This document shows, in pieces, positions 41,278 to 50,837 of a stretch of 64,000 bases of DNA (positions are counted from its first letter, which is position 1; every line of letters begins with the position of its first letter). Where the stretch lies: contig JBBIRR010000004.1 of NCBI GenBank assembly GCA_037441705.1, forward strand, positions 39,241-103,240, in the 5' to 3' direction. Source of the DNA: Ignavibacteriales bacterium (lineage in GTDB: Bacteria; Bacteroidota; Ignavibacteria; UBA10030; UBA6906). The notes under the pieces are model-generated. The model searched no databases. It saw nothing but the letters and a program-made list of their open reading frames with translations, and was not told where the DNA came from. The position numbers and the translations under genes were made by a program.

Positions 41278-43038
41278 TCACGAAGTTCTGTCGGCAACCT
41301 TCAGCACCATCATGGTGATGTCGTCAGATTGCTGAGCCCCGTCGGCGTGCGCAAGGATGTCTTCGTGCAGGCGTTCGAGAATGCACTGCGCCGACTCGCC
41401 GCTGAAACGTCGCAGCGCCGATTCGATTCGTGCTTCGCCGTACTCCTTCGCGTCGCGGCTCATGGCTTCGCTCACGCCATCGGTGAACAGGAACAGGATA
41501 TCGCCCGGCGTCAGCTGCACGGATGCTTCCTCGTAGGGGATCGTCGTTTTCAGCACGCCGAGAATCATGCCGCCTTTGTCGAGACGCTCGAACGACCCGT
41601 CGGCATGCAGCAGATAGGGATAGTTGTGACCCGCATTGACGTACGTCAGCCTCATCGCGGCCGGATCAAGAAACCCCCAGAAGAAGGTGACGAACTTATT
41701 GCCGCCCGTGTTCTCGCACATCAGGTCGTTCACGCGGCCCGTCAATTCGGACAGCGAAAGCTCCAGCGGCACAAGCGCGCGAATGGTTGCCTGGATATTC
41801 GCCATCAGCAACGCTGCGGGCGTACCTTTGCCGGACACATCGCCGATGGCGATCACGTAGCGGTTCGGCGGCGCAGGAATAATGTCGTAGTAATCTCCGC
41901 CGACTTGCTTCGAGGAGATATTCGTTGCTGCGATGTCGATGCCCGGTATCGTGGGCAGCACACTCGGCAGCAGCCCTTTTTGGATTTCTCTGGCGATCAG
42001 CAACTCGTCTTCGAGTTTCTGTTTTTCGATCGCCTCCTTGAACAAGCGCGCGTTTTCCAGCGAGATGATCGCCAGGTTCGCCAGCGAGTTGAGGAATTCA
42101 AAATCCGCTTCGGCGTACGGCTGACCGTTCAGCCGCTCTCCGAGAATCATCAATCCCTTGTTTTCACCCTGGAGGCTCATCGGCACCACCAGCTTCATGT
42201 TCAACGCCGAGAGTACATCTCGTGCATCCTGGACCTGCGCGTGGGTCAGATTGGGTACCAACGTTGCCGTCTTCAGCGGCAGCAGCGTTTTGAGGAGTTC
42301 GGATTGCGGGACGGGGCCATCGACGCGCGAGGCGGCTACACGCACATCAAGCCCGTGCTTCAGGCAAATGATGTAGCGGTTGACGCCCACCTGGCCGAGC
42401 AACGAGAAAACTAACAGCCGAATCAACTTTTCCGCATCTAACAATGCTCCGTACTCTTTGCTCAGATCGAACAGTGTGTTCAGCTCCTGGATTTTCCTGT
42501 CCAGCTTGCGGTTGATCTGCCGGACTTCCTCAACCGTTCTGCTCTTTTCAATGGCAGTTGCCGAAATGTTGGCAAGCGAGCGGAGGTAGGTGATCTCCCG
42601 CGCCTGGAGTTTCTTTCTGGCCAATCGCTCGCCGAACGCTAACAGGCCGATTGGTTTGTCTGCGATGAACATGGGCAGCACCATGCTGACGCCGTTGCGC
42701 TTGAAGAACTTTATCCAGGGATACCGCCCCATGTTCACCTTGTCCACGAAGAACAGCGAAGGCGGGATGCGGTTGATATGCAGCGTGCTTCCGACGATCT
42801 CGTGCGGAAAACCCTTTGCCATCGCAACGCTGAATTCGGTGTCATTCTTTGCGATGAGTACCATTCCTTTGGTGGAGAGAATCTTCCCCATGATCGTGAG
42901 GAGGATATGACTGAAGATGAACTGCGGGTCGAGCGATGAGGTGATGACTTTGCTGAACTCGAAGAGTGCAGCATGCTCAAAGGAGCTGGCATACGATGAG
43001 GAGGTAGAGGGCTTCCGTTTCGTGCGAGAGCGTGGCAT
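41278..43038 (-). CDS. GAF-GAF-PP2C (SpoIIE/RsbU-like) phosphatase
   Basis: Two GAF-like regions; VGGDYYD, GDVSGKG, NAGH, TDGVSE, DDIT. Confidence 0.9.
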   Translation of the reverse strand: MPRSRTKRKPSTSSSYASSFEHAALFEFSKVITSSLDPQFIFSHILLTIMGKILSTKGMVLIAKNDTEFSVAMAKGFPHEIVGSTLHINRIPPSLFFVDKVNMGRYPWIKFFKRNGVSMVLPMFIADKPIGLLAFGERLARKKLQAREITYLRSLANISATAIEKSRTVEEVRQINRKLDRKIQELNTLFDLSKEYGALLDAEKLIRLLVFSLLGQVGVNRYIICLKHGLDVRVAASRVDGPVPQSELLKTLLPLKTATLVPNLTHAQVQDARDVLSALNMKLVVPMSLQGENKGLMILGERLNGQPYAEADFEFLNSLANLAIISLENARLFKEAIEKQKLEDELLIAREIQKGLLPSVLPTIPGIDIAATNISSKQVGGDYYDIIPAPPNRYVIAIGDVSGKGTPAALLMANIQATIRALVPLELSLSELTGRVNDLMCENTGGNKFVTFFWGFLDPAAMRLTYVNAGHNYPYLLHADGSFERLDKGGMILGVLKTTIPYEEASVQLTPGDILFLFTDGVSEAMSRDAKEYGEARIESALRRFSGESAQCILERLHEDILAHADGAQQSDDITMMVLKVADRTS

Positions 43039-43052
43039 GCCCGGTGTGGAAC

Positions 43053-43472
43053 TTAACGGGGGAGATGCTTGACAAGGCGGACGCGATTCTGCTTGCCCGG
43101 CTCGATGTGGTATTCGACCTTATCCATCAACGACTTCATGAGATAGACGCCAAGCCCGCCGCGCTTGTACTTGCTGAGGTAGTCCTTCATGTTCGGCAAT
43201 TGGATTTTCGAGGGATCGAACTGCCGGCCCGTATCAACGATCAAGACTTCGAAGTCGCCGTTCGAGTCCTGCACGGTAATGGTGATCTTCCTCTTGCTGT
43301 CGTAATGGTACGCATGCTTGATGACGTTCGTGCACGCCTCATCAACGGCGAGGGCAATCTTGCTCACCTCTTCATCATCGAACCCTGACGCGTAGGCTGC
43401 CCGGGATACAAAGTCCCGCACGGCAACAAGCTGGTCTGTTCGGCTGTCTATTTTCAGCGTCTGCTTCTTCAC
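43053..43472 (-). CDS. Anti-sigma factor/Ser kinase (RsbW-like)
   Basis: LAVDEACTNVIKHAY, DTG, GGLGVYLM. Confidence 0.9.
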   Translation of the reverse strand: MKKQTLKIDSRTDQLVAVRDFVSRAAYASGFDDEEVSKIALAVDEACTNVIKHAYHYDSKRKITITVQDSNGDFEVLIVDTGRQFDPSKIQLPNMKDYLSKYKRGGLGVYLMKSLMDKVEYHIEPGKQNRVRLVKHLPR

Positions 43473-43490
43473 CGATCTACCGGTACAAGG

Positions 43491-43844
43491 TCATTTCTTG
43501 TCGTTGAACTTTTTGATGGCCTCGGCCTCGTGATCGAAGATTTCGTAGAGAAGGGGAAAGCCCAACAGGTCGAACACATTGTAGACCTTCTTCGACATGT
43601 TCGAGAGCTTGATGTCGCCCGACCGGTTGCGCACGTCCTCGATGAACGCCATGAACACGCCCAGTCCCGCGCTGCTGATGTAGGACAGGTCCCGGCAGTT
43701 GACCACGATCTTTGTTCGGTTTGCTTTCAGCAGTTCCTGGAACGTTTCTTCCAGTTTGGGCGCGGTGTGTGCATCGAGGTATCCTTTCAGCTCGATCACG
43801 CTCACGTTGCTTGCCTCCCGCTGGGCAATTTTGAATTCACTCAT
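43491..43844 (-). CDS. STAS anti-sigma factor antagonist (RsbV-like)
   Basis: GYLDAHTAP, LSYISSAGLGV. Confidence 0.92.
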   Translation of the reverse strand: MSEFKIAQREASNVSVIELKGYLDAHTAPKLEETFQELLKANRTKIVVNCRDLSYISSAGLGVFMAFIEDVRNRSGDIKLSNMSKKVYNVFDLLGFPLLYEIFDHEAEAIKKFNDKK

Positions 43845-43868
43845 GCGTTCGTCCTCCAGAGAAAAATT

Positions 43869-46007
43869 CTATTCGGTATGCGTTGCTTCCCCTAACCACT
43901 TCACTACCACAATCGTTATATCATCGTCGTACTCCGGCTTGTCCGCGTGCGTCTTGACGGACTGCAGAATGTCTTCCATCATAGCCGAAGCGGTTTTGGC
44001 CTGGGCGGCCACTACGGTCTGCAGCAGCCGCTCGTACCCAAATTCATCGTCGCCGCGGCGTGCCTCCGTTACCCCATCGGTGTAGAAGACGCACACGTCT
44101 CCGGGCCGCAGCTGGATGGAGTGTTCCTCCATGCTCGACTCGAATGCTGTGCCCGTTGCAAGGCCCAACCCCATGCCCCCGGGCCGAACGTAGGTTACGT
44201 TGTTTCCCGAGAGATGCAGCATCGGGCAGTGGCCTGCACGCGCCAGGGTGAGCGCGCCGGTGGTCACGTCTATCACCGCGTAAATTAAGCTAACAAAGGA
44301 ATGTTTGTCAATCGAACCCGAGAGCGCTTCGTTCGCTTTCAACATGAAGGCACGCGGCGACGGATACAGGCGGCTGAGCGATTGAAAGATGCCTTTGACT
44401 TCCGACATGTAGAACGCCGCCGAAACGCCTTTGCCCGACACATCGCCGACGACGATACCGAGTTTCCTGCCGTCGAGTTCAACGACATCGTAGTAATCTC
44501 CACCCACCTCGAATGCAGGCATCGAGCTTGCATCAATCTCGAAGGTCGGGTAGCGGGGAAGGGATTGCGGCAGAAGCTTGCGCTGAATTTCCTGTGCAAC
44601 GGTCATCTCGCGCAGGAGCCGCTCCCGCTCAATCGATTTTTGAATCAGGCGCGAGTTCTCGATCGCAATCGTTGCCTGATCGGCAAAGGCGGAAATAACG
44701 TCCACGTCGTCCGAGAAGAAGCCGTACGGTGCCTCCTTCGTGGCATAGAGAATGCCCGTCATGCCAGTGTGAGAGACGAGCGGCACAACGACTAACGATC
44801 CGACCGGGAGGTTCAGCGTGCTGAAGCGGCCGTCTCGTTGAACGTCGTCGACAACGATGGGGGTACGCCGCTCGATGACCTCATCGCGCAGCGTCCGCTC
44901 TCCGGCCGAGAGCAGCGCGTCAATGTCGCTTTCGGCAATGTTCTTCCTGCCCACAAGCAGCACGGCATGATTGCCCACGATGGTCTTGCGAGCGGCGCCG
45001 TGGACTCCATTGATGCCGACCGTTGTCTGCTCACCTTCGGGTTGTAGAAGCTCCAACCAACAGCTATTTGCCTCGCACACCTGGAGCGTCATACTGGTCA
45101 CCGTCTCCACCAGCTGATGAAAATCGAATGCCTGCGTGACGAGCCTGCCGAGCGTGTGCAGCGACGTTACCTCGCTCGATTTTCGCTCGAACGCCTCGGC
45201 CGTGGGCAGATGGAAGAGCGTGCTGATGAAGGCCATCCCGAAATAGATGTTGGCAAAGAGCGTTGTGAGAAACACAAATCGGTTGAGGGGGTAGGAATGA
45301 TACAGCAACGACTTGCCGATGATGCCGCGCTCGGATCCGACCATGACATTCAAGCCCACGAGAACGACGAACAGGATGAAGCCATAGATCAGTCCGAAAA
45401 TCTTTTCTCGCTTTGTCAGATAAACAATCCACGGCAGGCGGAACGAGTTGATCAGGGCAAACAGAATTGCGAAGCCGACGACAATGTTGGTGAGGATGCC
45501 GCTCTCTAAGGGGTCGAGCGGAATGACCGATGCCGAGGCAGCAAACGTGAGGCCCAGAAAAATGGAGAAGTTCCGCTTGGTCTCGCGCTTTGCCTTGAAC
45601 AGCACCAACCCCCGCAGGAGCCTGAAGACCAGGATGACGAACACGCCCAACGCAATGCTGACGAACGTCGCTATGAACAGTTGTCCGTACGTCAGCGGGA
45701 TCAGGGCGTTTTCTTTGACGTCGAAGTTATCGTCGGTGAGTCCGCTGATGGCAACGCAGAAAAGGGTCGCGAAGACGGAGTAGATCATCGCCAGCCCGAC
45801 GCGTTTGATGGGCGTCAGGGAGTGGTGGACTTTTTTCGCTTCGAGGTAGATATACAGCAGGACGAATGCGCCGATGATGAGCAACTCCCGCACAACACCG
45901 AGCCCGGTGATGTTCAGCTCCACGTTCTTGCGGATCACGTCGATGATGAATACGAGCAAGAACGCCAGCAGTGAGCCAAGCAGGTATAGAATGCGACGCA
46001 GCTTCAT
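43869..46007 (-). CDS. Membrane-bound GAF-PP2C phosphatase
   Basis: About 8 N-terminal TM helices, GAF, VGGDYYD, GDVSGKG, TDGVTE, DDIT. Confidence 0.88.
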   Translation of the reverse strand: MKLRRILYLLGSLLAFLLVFIIDVIRKNVELNITGLGVVRELLIIGAFVLLYIYLEAKKVHHSLTPIKRVGLAMIYSVFATLFCVAISGLTDDNFDVKENALIPLTYGQLFIATFVSIALGVFVILVFRLLRGLVLFKAKRETKRNFSIFLGLTFAASASVIPLDPLESGILTNIVVGFAILFALINSFRLPWIVYLTKREKIFGLIYGFILFVVLVGLNVMVGSERGIIGKSLLYHSYPLNRFVFLTTLFANIYFGMAFISTLFHLPTAEAFERKSSEVTSLHTLGRLVTQAFDFHQLVETVTSMTLQVCEANSCWLELLQPEGEQTTVGINGVHGAARKTIVGNHAVLLVGRKNIAESDIDALLSAGERTLRDEVIERRTPIVVDDVQRDGRFSTLNLPVGSLVVVPLVSHTGMTGILYATKEAPYGFFSDDVDVISAFADQATIAIENSRLIQKSIERERLLREMTVAQEIQRKLLPQSLPRYPTFEIDASSMPAFEVGGDYYDVVELDGRKLGIVVGDVSGKGVSAAFYMSEVKGIFQSLSRLYPSPRAFMLKANEALSGSIDKHSFVSLIYAVIDVTTGALTLARAGHCPMLHLSGNNVTYVRPGGMGLGLATGTAFESSMEEHSIQLRPGDVCVFYTDGVTEARRGDDEFGYERLLQTVVAAQAKTASAMMEDILQSVKTHADKPEYDDDITIVVVKWLGEATHTE

Positions 46008-46110
46008 AGCGCTGTACGGAAGTTCTCACGTTCGGGTGGCAACCGGGTCATGAAGTTGTTCGCAAAAGCGGGTTCATTGTTGCAGCAGGCTGGACGGGTA
46101 CGACAGAAGC

Positions 46111-46144
46111 AAAAACGGCGAGCGGAGGAAACCCTCCGTCGCCG
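46111..46144 (-). terminator. Intrinsic terminator of the TPR gene
   Basis: CGGCGA(G)CGGAGG/CCTCCG-TCGCCG stem preceded on + by AAAAA (U-tract on -). Confidence 0.65.
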
Positions 46145-46166
46145 GTGAACGTGAAGTCCCTCTGTC

Positions 46167-46859
46167 CTATGTTGCTGAAAGCTGTGCAATGTAGCGATCT
46201 GCTTCTCGCCCGAACGCCGTTGTCGGATAGTCTTTCTTGAGCTTCTTGTACAGCTCTAACGCTCGTTCCTTCTTTCCTGCCAGCGCGTAGTTACTCGCCG
46301 CGGCATGGAGGTTCTCGGCCGCGTTGACATCCTTCGGATACTTCAGTGCTGCCTTCTCGAAGTTCTCCGCCGCCTTCTCATAGTCCCCCTTAGCTTCGTA
46401 ACATCCGGCAATGCCCGCCAGGCGCGATACCTCGGTGAGCTGATCCGTGGGGGTGAAGTCTTCAAAGAGTGCGAGCGCCTCGTCGTACTTGCCAAGTTCG
46501 AAGTAGGCGCCGGCAAGGTAGAATTTCGCGAGATTGCCGCTCTCCGTCCCGCCGTAATTCTCCACGATGGCTTTCAACCCCATGATGTTGCGTTCCGGAA
46601 GCCCGTCAATGGCGACGCTGTACTGCCCGTTGTCGAAGTACGTGTACACTTTGCCGAGCGCCGCGGTTGCCTTCTCGTTGTTATCGGCTTTGTTCTTTGC
46701 GTAAATAAACGAGCCGATAATGACGGCGGCGACGACACCGAGGGCGATACCAATGTTCTTCTTATGTTGATCGTAGAAGCTCGTTACTTTCGCGACCGTG
46801 GTCAGCAACGCGTCCTGCTTCAGTTCCCGCTTGGTAATCTTTTTCTGTGCTTTCAGCAT
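46167..46859 (-). CDS. Membrane-anchored TPR protein (YfgM-like)
   Basis: RELKQD, single TM, TPR repeats; RBS GGAGG upstream. Confidence 0.8.
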   Translation of the reverse strand: MLKAQKKITKRELKQDALLTTVAKVTSFYDQHKKNIGIALGVVAAVIIGSFIYAKNKADNNEKATAALGKVYTYFDNGQYSVAIDGLPERNIMGLKAIVENYGGTESGNLAKFYLAGAYFELGKYDEALALFEDFTPTDQLTEVSRLAGIAGCYEAKGDYEKAAENFEKAALKYPKDVNAAENLHAAASNYALAGKKERALELYKKLKKDYPTTAFGREADRYIAQLSAT

Positions 46860-46907
46860 ACGATGGGTTGAAACCTCCTGTGTGGAAAAGAAATGATACA
46901 CTGCTTG

Positions 46908-46981
<74 letters not shown>

Positions 46982-47026
46982 AATCAAATGCATCTTAAGG
47001 TATCGAAAAACGGCGTTGCATACAAC

Positions 47027-48709
47027 TCAAATATTGAACGCCCTTTGTCCGTTTGTGGTCCAGCGTTGAGCTGCAGCGGTGAGCGCAAGAACGAGAATGA
47101 GCAGAAGCACGGAGTACGCCGCCGCCGCGCCGAAATTGTACATCCGCATCTGCGCGAGGATTTCGACGGAGATGGGGCGGTTGGCATACGTGTAAAGAAG
47201 GATGGATGAGACGAACTCGCCTAACGCGGCAATCATCACCAACAATCCGCCGGAAACGATACCCGGCCGGATCAGGGGAAGCAGGATGCGGCGAAGGCGG
47301 CGCAGCGCGCCGGCGCTGAAAGTTTCCGCTGCTTCGAGGACGGAGTCGTCTACCTGCTCGAGCGCCGCCGAGGCCGAACGGACGACGAGCGGGAACATTT
47401 TCACGAAGTAGGCAAGGGGAAGAATCGCAAACGTGCCGACCAGAACACGTCCGCCGCCGAAGAGGCTCGGCGTGCTGAACGCGAGAATGAGACTGATCGC
47501 GATAACCGTCCCCGGAACAGCATACGGAAGCGTAGCAATCGTATCGAACAGCAGCCGCCGGCGGCGCAGAATGCCTTTCGTCAGCAGGTAGGCGATGCTC
47601 ACGCCCACGATCACCGTTGCTGCTACGGTGAGCAGACTCATCGCCACGCTATTGAGGATCGGCCGAAACACGGCTTCGTCCGAGAACAGCTTCAGGTAGT
47701 TTTCGAGCGTGTATGTTGTCGGAAGGATTTGCCACGTCCACGATCCTTCCCGCGTGAACGAGATGAGGACGATTGCGACAAGAGGAAGCATTTCGATGAT
47801 GAGGAGAAAAATGCTGACCGTCAGAAGTACACGACGCGACACGGGGCCGAGCCGCAGCGTGCCTGTTCGTGCTGCGCCTTTCGTGCCCCTTCGTGCGGCC
47901 GGTTCCTCGATCATCCATTTCAGTACAATAAAGAAGAGAATCGAGATCAGCGCGAGCACAACGGATACCGCTGCGGCAACATCCACTTCTCCGTTCAGCT
48001 TTGCGTTGTAGATCTGCAGCGTCATGAAGCGTTTCTCTCCGCCAAACAGCAGCGGGGCCGAAAAGCTGGCCATGCTCGTCATGAACGTGAGGATGGAGGC
48101 GCCGAGCAGGGCCGGCTTCACCTCCGGCAGGACGATGCGACGCAGGGTCCTGAACTGCGAACTTCCGAGCGTTTCTGCCGCCTCGAGCAACGAAACGTCG
48201 AGCTGCCGCAGCGCGTTGGCGACAAACAGGTAGAAGTAAACGTAGAACGAATACGTGTGCACGGCGACGATCGCCGGAATGCCTTCGAGCGCGAACGGTG
48301 CCTCACGCATGCCGAGAGCCGCGCGCAGAAGGCGCGGCAGGATGCCGCTTTCACCGAACACGAACAGAAAAGCAATCACCCCCACTAACGGCGGCAGCGC
48401 AAGGGGAATGACCGCAAGCCTTCCCAACACATGGCGCAGCGGAAATGCCCATTGCGTGAAAACCACCGCGAACAGCGTACCGACCACGCAGCTGAAGAGA
48501 ACCGACAGCAGCGCGACAAGCACGGAGTTCACGATCGCTTCCATGCTCGCCGTATTCGAGGGATCGAGGAGGGTTGTGTACACCGTGAGGACGGGCTTGT
48601 CATCTCTGCCTAAACTCTCTCCAACCATCGCGCCGAACGGGTAGAGAACATAGCCCGTGTACACGAACGTCAGCAGAAAAAGAGGCAGGATGGTTCTCCA
48701 GCCACGCAT
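47027..48709 (-). CDS. ABC transporter permease (FbpB/AfuB-like, duplicated)
   Basis: Two EAA motifs (LLEAAETLG, VLEAAETFS); about 12 TMs. Confidence 0.9.
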   Translation of the reverse strand: MRGWRTILPLFLLTFVYTGYVLYPFGAMVGESLGRDDKPVLTVYTTLLDPSNTASMEAIVNSVLVALLSVLFSCVVGTLFAVVFTQWAFPLRHVLGRLAVIPLALPPLVGVIAFLFVFGESGILPRLLRAALGMREAPFALEGIPAIVAVHTYSFYVYFYLFVANALRQLDVSLLEAAETLGSSQFRTLRRIVLPEVKPALLGASILTFMTSMASFSAPLLFGGEKRFMTLQIYNAKLNGEVDVAAAVSVVLALISILFFIVLKWMIEEPAARRGTKGAARTGTLRLGPVSRRVLLTVSIFLLIIEMLPLVAIVLISFTREGSWTWQILPTTYTLENYLKLFSDEAVFRPILNSVAMSLLTVAATVIVGVSIAYLLTKGILRRRRLLFDTIATLPYAVPGTVIAISLILAFSTPSLFGGGRVLVGTFAILPLAYFVKMFPLVVRSASAALEQVDDSVLEAAETFSAGALRRLRRILLPLIRPGIVSGGLLVMIAALGEFVSSILLYTYANRPISVEILAQMRMYNFGAAAAYSVLLLILVLALTAAAQRWTTNGQRAFNI

Positions 48710-48711
48710 CG

Positions 48712-49764
48712 CTACTCCGGTGGAAGAATGCTGCATCGTGACCAATCGAAACGAATGCCGACAGCCGTCCCCGGTGTCATTCGCTCCGTAGCGGTAGAGC
48801 TGATGGCGGTGGCGTTCAGCGTCACGTCGCTTGCTGCGACAACAAACCGTGTGACGAAGCCGAGATACTCACGGTGTTTGACGATGCCCGTGCATTCGTC
48901 CTGGGGTGGCGATGAGAGGAGAATTGCTTCGGGTTTGACCGCCAGTGTTGCGGCGCCGTTGGGGAGATTCGAGAATCCCTCCGGCAGCCGAAGATGCAGC
49001 GCACCGACGCGAAAGACGCGCTGTACCGCATCCACCGTTCCGCCGAGGATGTTGGCATCGCCGAGGAACGCGGCCACGAATGCCGAGCGCGGGGACTCGT
49101 AGATTGCGGACGGCGTGCCGATCTGCTCGATACGTCCTTGCCGCATGACGGCGATCCTGTCCGAAAGGCTCATCGCTTCCGTCTGATCGTGGGTGACGTA
49201 GATGGCGGTGATGTTGAAGCGCCGCTGCAGCGTCCGAATCTCTTCGCGTGTCTTTACGCGCAGCGCAACGTCCAGATTGCTCAGCGGTTCATCGAACAGC
49301 AGAACGGCCGGCTCCACGACAAGCGCGCGGGCAACGGCCACGCGTTGCTGCTCACCGCCGCTCAGGTGCGGCACAGGTGTGTTGGCCTTGTCGGCAAGAT
49401 GAACTGCTTCGAGCATCGCTTCCACGCGGCGGCGCATGTCCGCTTTCGACAGCTTCTTTGTTTCAAGCCCGAACGCGACATTCTCGAACACTGTCATATG
49501 CGGAAACAGGGCGTAATTCTGAAACACCATTCCCACGCCGCGCTCGCGCGGCGGCCGATGCGTTACATCCGCGCCGCCGAGCATGATGCTGCCGGTTGTC
49601 GGCTTTTCGAACCCGGCGATGAGGCGCAGCAAGGTCGTCTTGCCGCAGCCGCTCGGCCCGAGGAGAGAAAAGAATTCGCCCGCGGAGACGTCGAGGCTGA
49701 CCTCACGCACGGCATGAACGGTGCCAAACCTCTTTGAAACGTTGCTGAGCCTGAGAGAAGTCAC
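48712..49764 (-). CDS. ABC transporter ATP-binding protein (PotA/FbpC-like)
   Basis: GPSGCGKTT, FQNYALFPH, LSGGEQQR, DEPLSNLD, TOBE; GTG overlapping the upstream stop. Confidence 0.92.
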   Translation of the reverse strand: MTSLRLSNVSKRFGTVHAVREVSLDVSAGEFFSLLGPSGCGKTTLLRLIAGFEKPTTGSIMLGGADVTHRPPRERGVGMVFQNYALFPHMTVFENVAFGLETKKLSKADMRRRVEAMLEAVHLADKANTPVPHLSGGEQQRVAVARALVVEPAVLLFDEPLSNLDVALRVKTREEIRTLQRRFNITAIYVTHDQTEAMSLSDRIAVMRQGRIEQIGTPSAIYESPRSAFVAAFLGDANILGGTVDAVQRVFRVGALHLRLPEGFSNLPNGAATLAVKPEAILLSSPPQDECTGIVKHREYLGFVTRFVVAASDVTLNATAISSTATERMTPGTAVGIRFDWSRCSILPPE

Positions 49765-50837
49765 GGTTGCCGCAACCGCGTGGGTGATTCGTTGATGGCC
49801 TGGCTGGATCGGCCGCGTCCCTTCACCTCTTCGTCCCAGCGTTTCATCCATTCCCTCTCGTGTGCTTCCAACTCCTCCCAATCCACGTTCATGGGAATGA
49901 TGGTGAGCGATCGGAGCCAATCGGGTAATTTCTCGCGGGGAATGTCCCGGCGTGTCGGGATGCGAAAGAACTCCGCTGCCTGCCGGATCATCGCCTCTTG
50001 CGACGTCACGAACTCATAGAACTGCTCTGCGAGCGGACGATTCTTCGTGCCGCGCACAATGGCGATGCAGTCGGTGATCAGCGGCGTGCCGCTCCTGGGG
50101 ATTGTGAAGCCGAACGGGTAGCCGTTGATGTGTTTCTGAATCAACACGTCCGGCAGATTCCAGAGCGTGACGGCACCCTCTTCGCGCGCGATCTTCAAGT
50201 ACAATTGTGTGGGTTCCGCCGCATAGGTCTTGGTGTTGGCGTCCAGCCCGCGAAGCCACTCGAAGCCGGCGTCCGGGTTGCCCGTTCGCTGCGCCTCGCG
50301 TTGAATCAGCGCACAGAAGATAATCCGCATCGTGCCGGACGCCAACGGGTACCGAATGATGATCTGATCTCTCCAACGGGGTTGCAGCAACTCGTCCCAA
50401 TCCTGTGGCGCTGCTGCCTCCGGCACGAGCCGCGTGTTGTACATGATCACTTCGGGCGTCGTGAACGTCCCATACCAGAATCCGCTCGGACTTTTCATTT
50501 CGGCGGTGACAGCCGTATCCCACGAAGGAACGTAACGCTCGAGGAGACTTTCAGCTTCGGCTCGGGCAAACGCGGTAAGCGGCGCCCCCCACCAGATATC
50601 GGCCTGCGGGTTTGCCCGCTCGGTGCGAATCCGATCATACGCATCCTGCGAACCCATATCCAACCACTGAACGTCAACGTCGTGATGACGCGCCTCGAAC
50701 GCCTTCTCGAACGCGGCAAGCATCTCTTTGCCGTGTGGAGAATACACCACCAGCTTCTTCTTTCCATCGTGCGGCGAACACGACAGCAGCAGGAGGGCAG
50801 ACAGGACAATTGCGAGACTCGACGATCCGGCTCTCAT
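49761..50837 (-). CDS. Extracellular solute-binding lipoprotein (AfuA/FbpA family)
   Basis: Lipobox LLSC; LVVYSPH, ERANPQADIWWG, PLASGT. Confidence 0.88.
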   Translation of the reverse strand: MRAGSSSLAIVLSALLLLSCSPHDGKKKLVVYSPHGKEMLAAFEKAFEARHHDVDVQWLDMGSQDAYDRIRTERANPQADIWWGAPLTAFARAEAESLLERYVPSWDTAVTAEMKSPSGFWYGTFTTPEVIMYNTRLVPEAAAPQDWDELLQPRWRDQIIIRYPLASGTMRIIFCALIQREAQRTGNPDAGFEWLRGLDANTKTYAAEPTQLYLKIAREEGAVTLWNLPDVLIQKHINGYPFGFTIPRSGTPLITDCIAIVRGTKNRPLAEQFYEFVTSQEAMIRQAAEFFRIPTRRDIPREKLPDWLRSLTIIPMNVDWEELEAHEREWMKRWDEEVKGRGRSSQAINESPTRLRQP

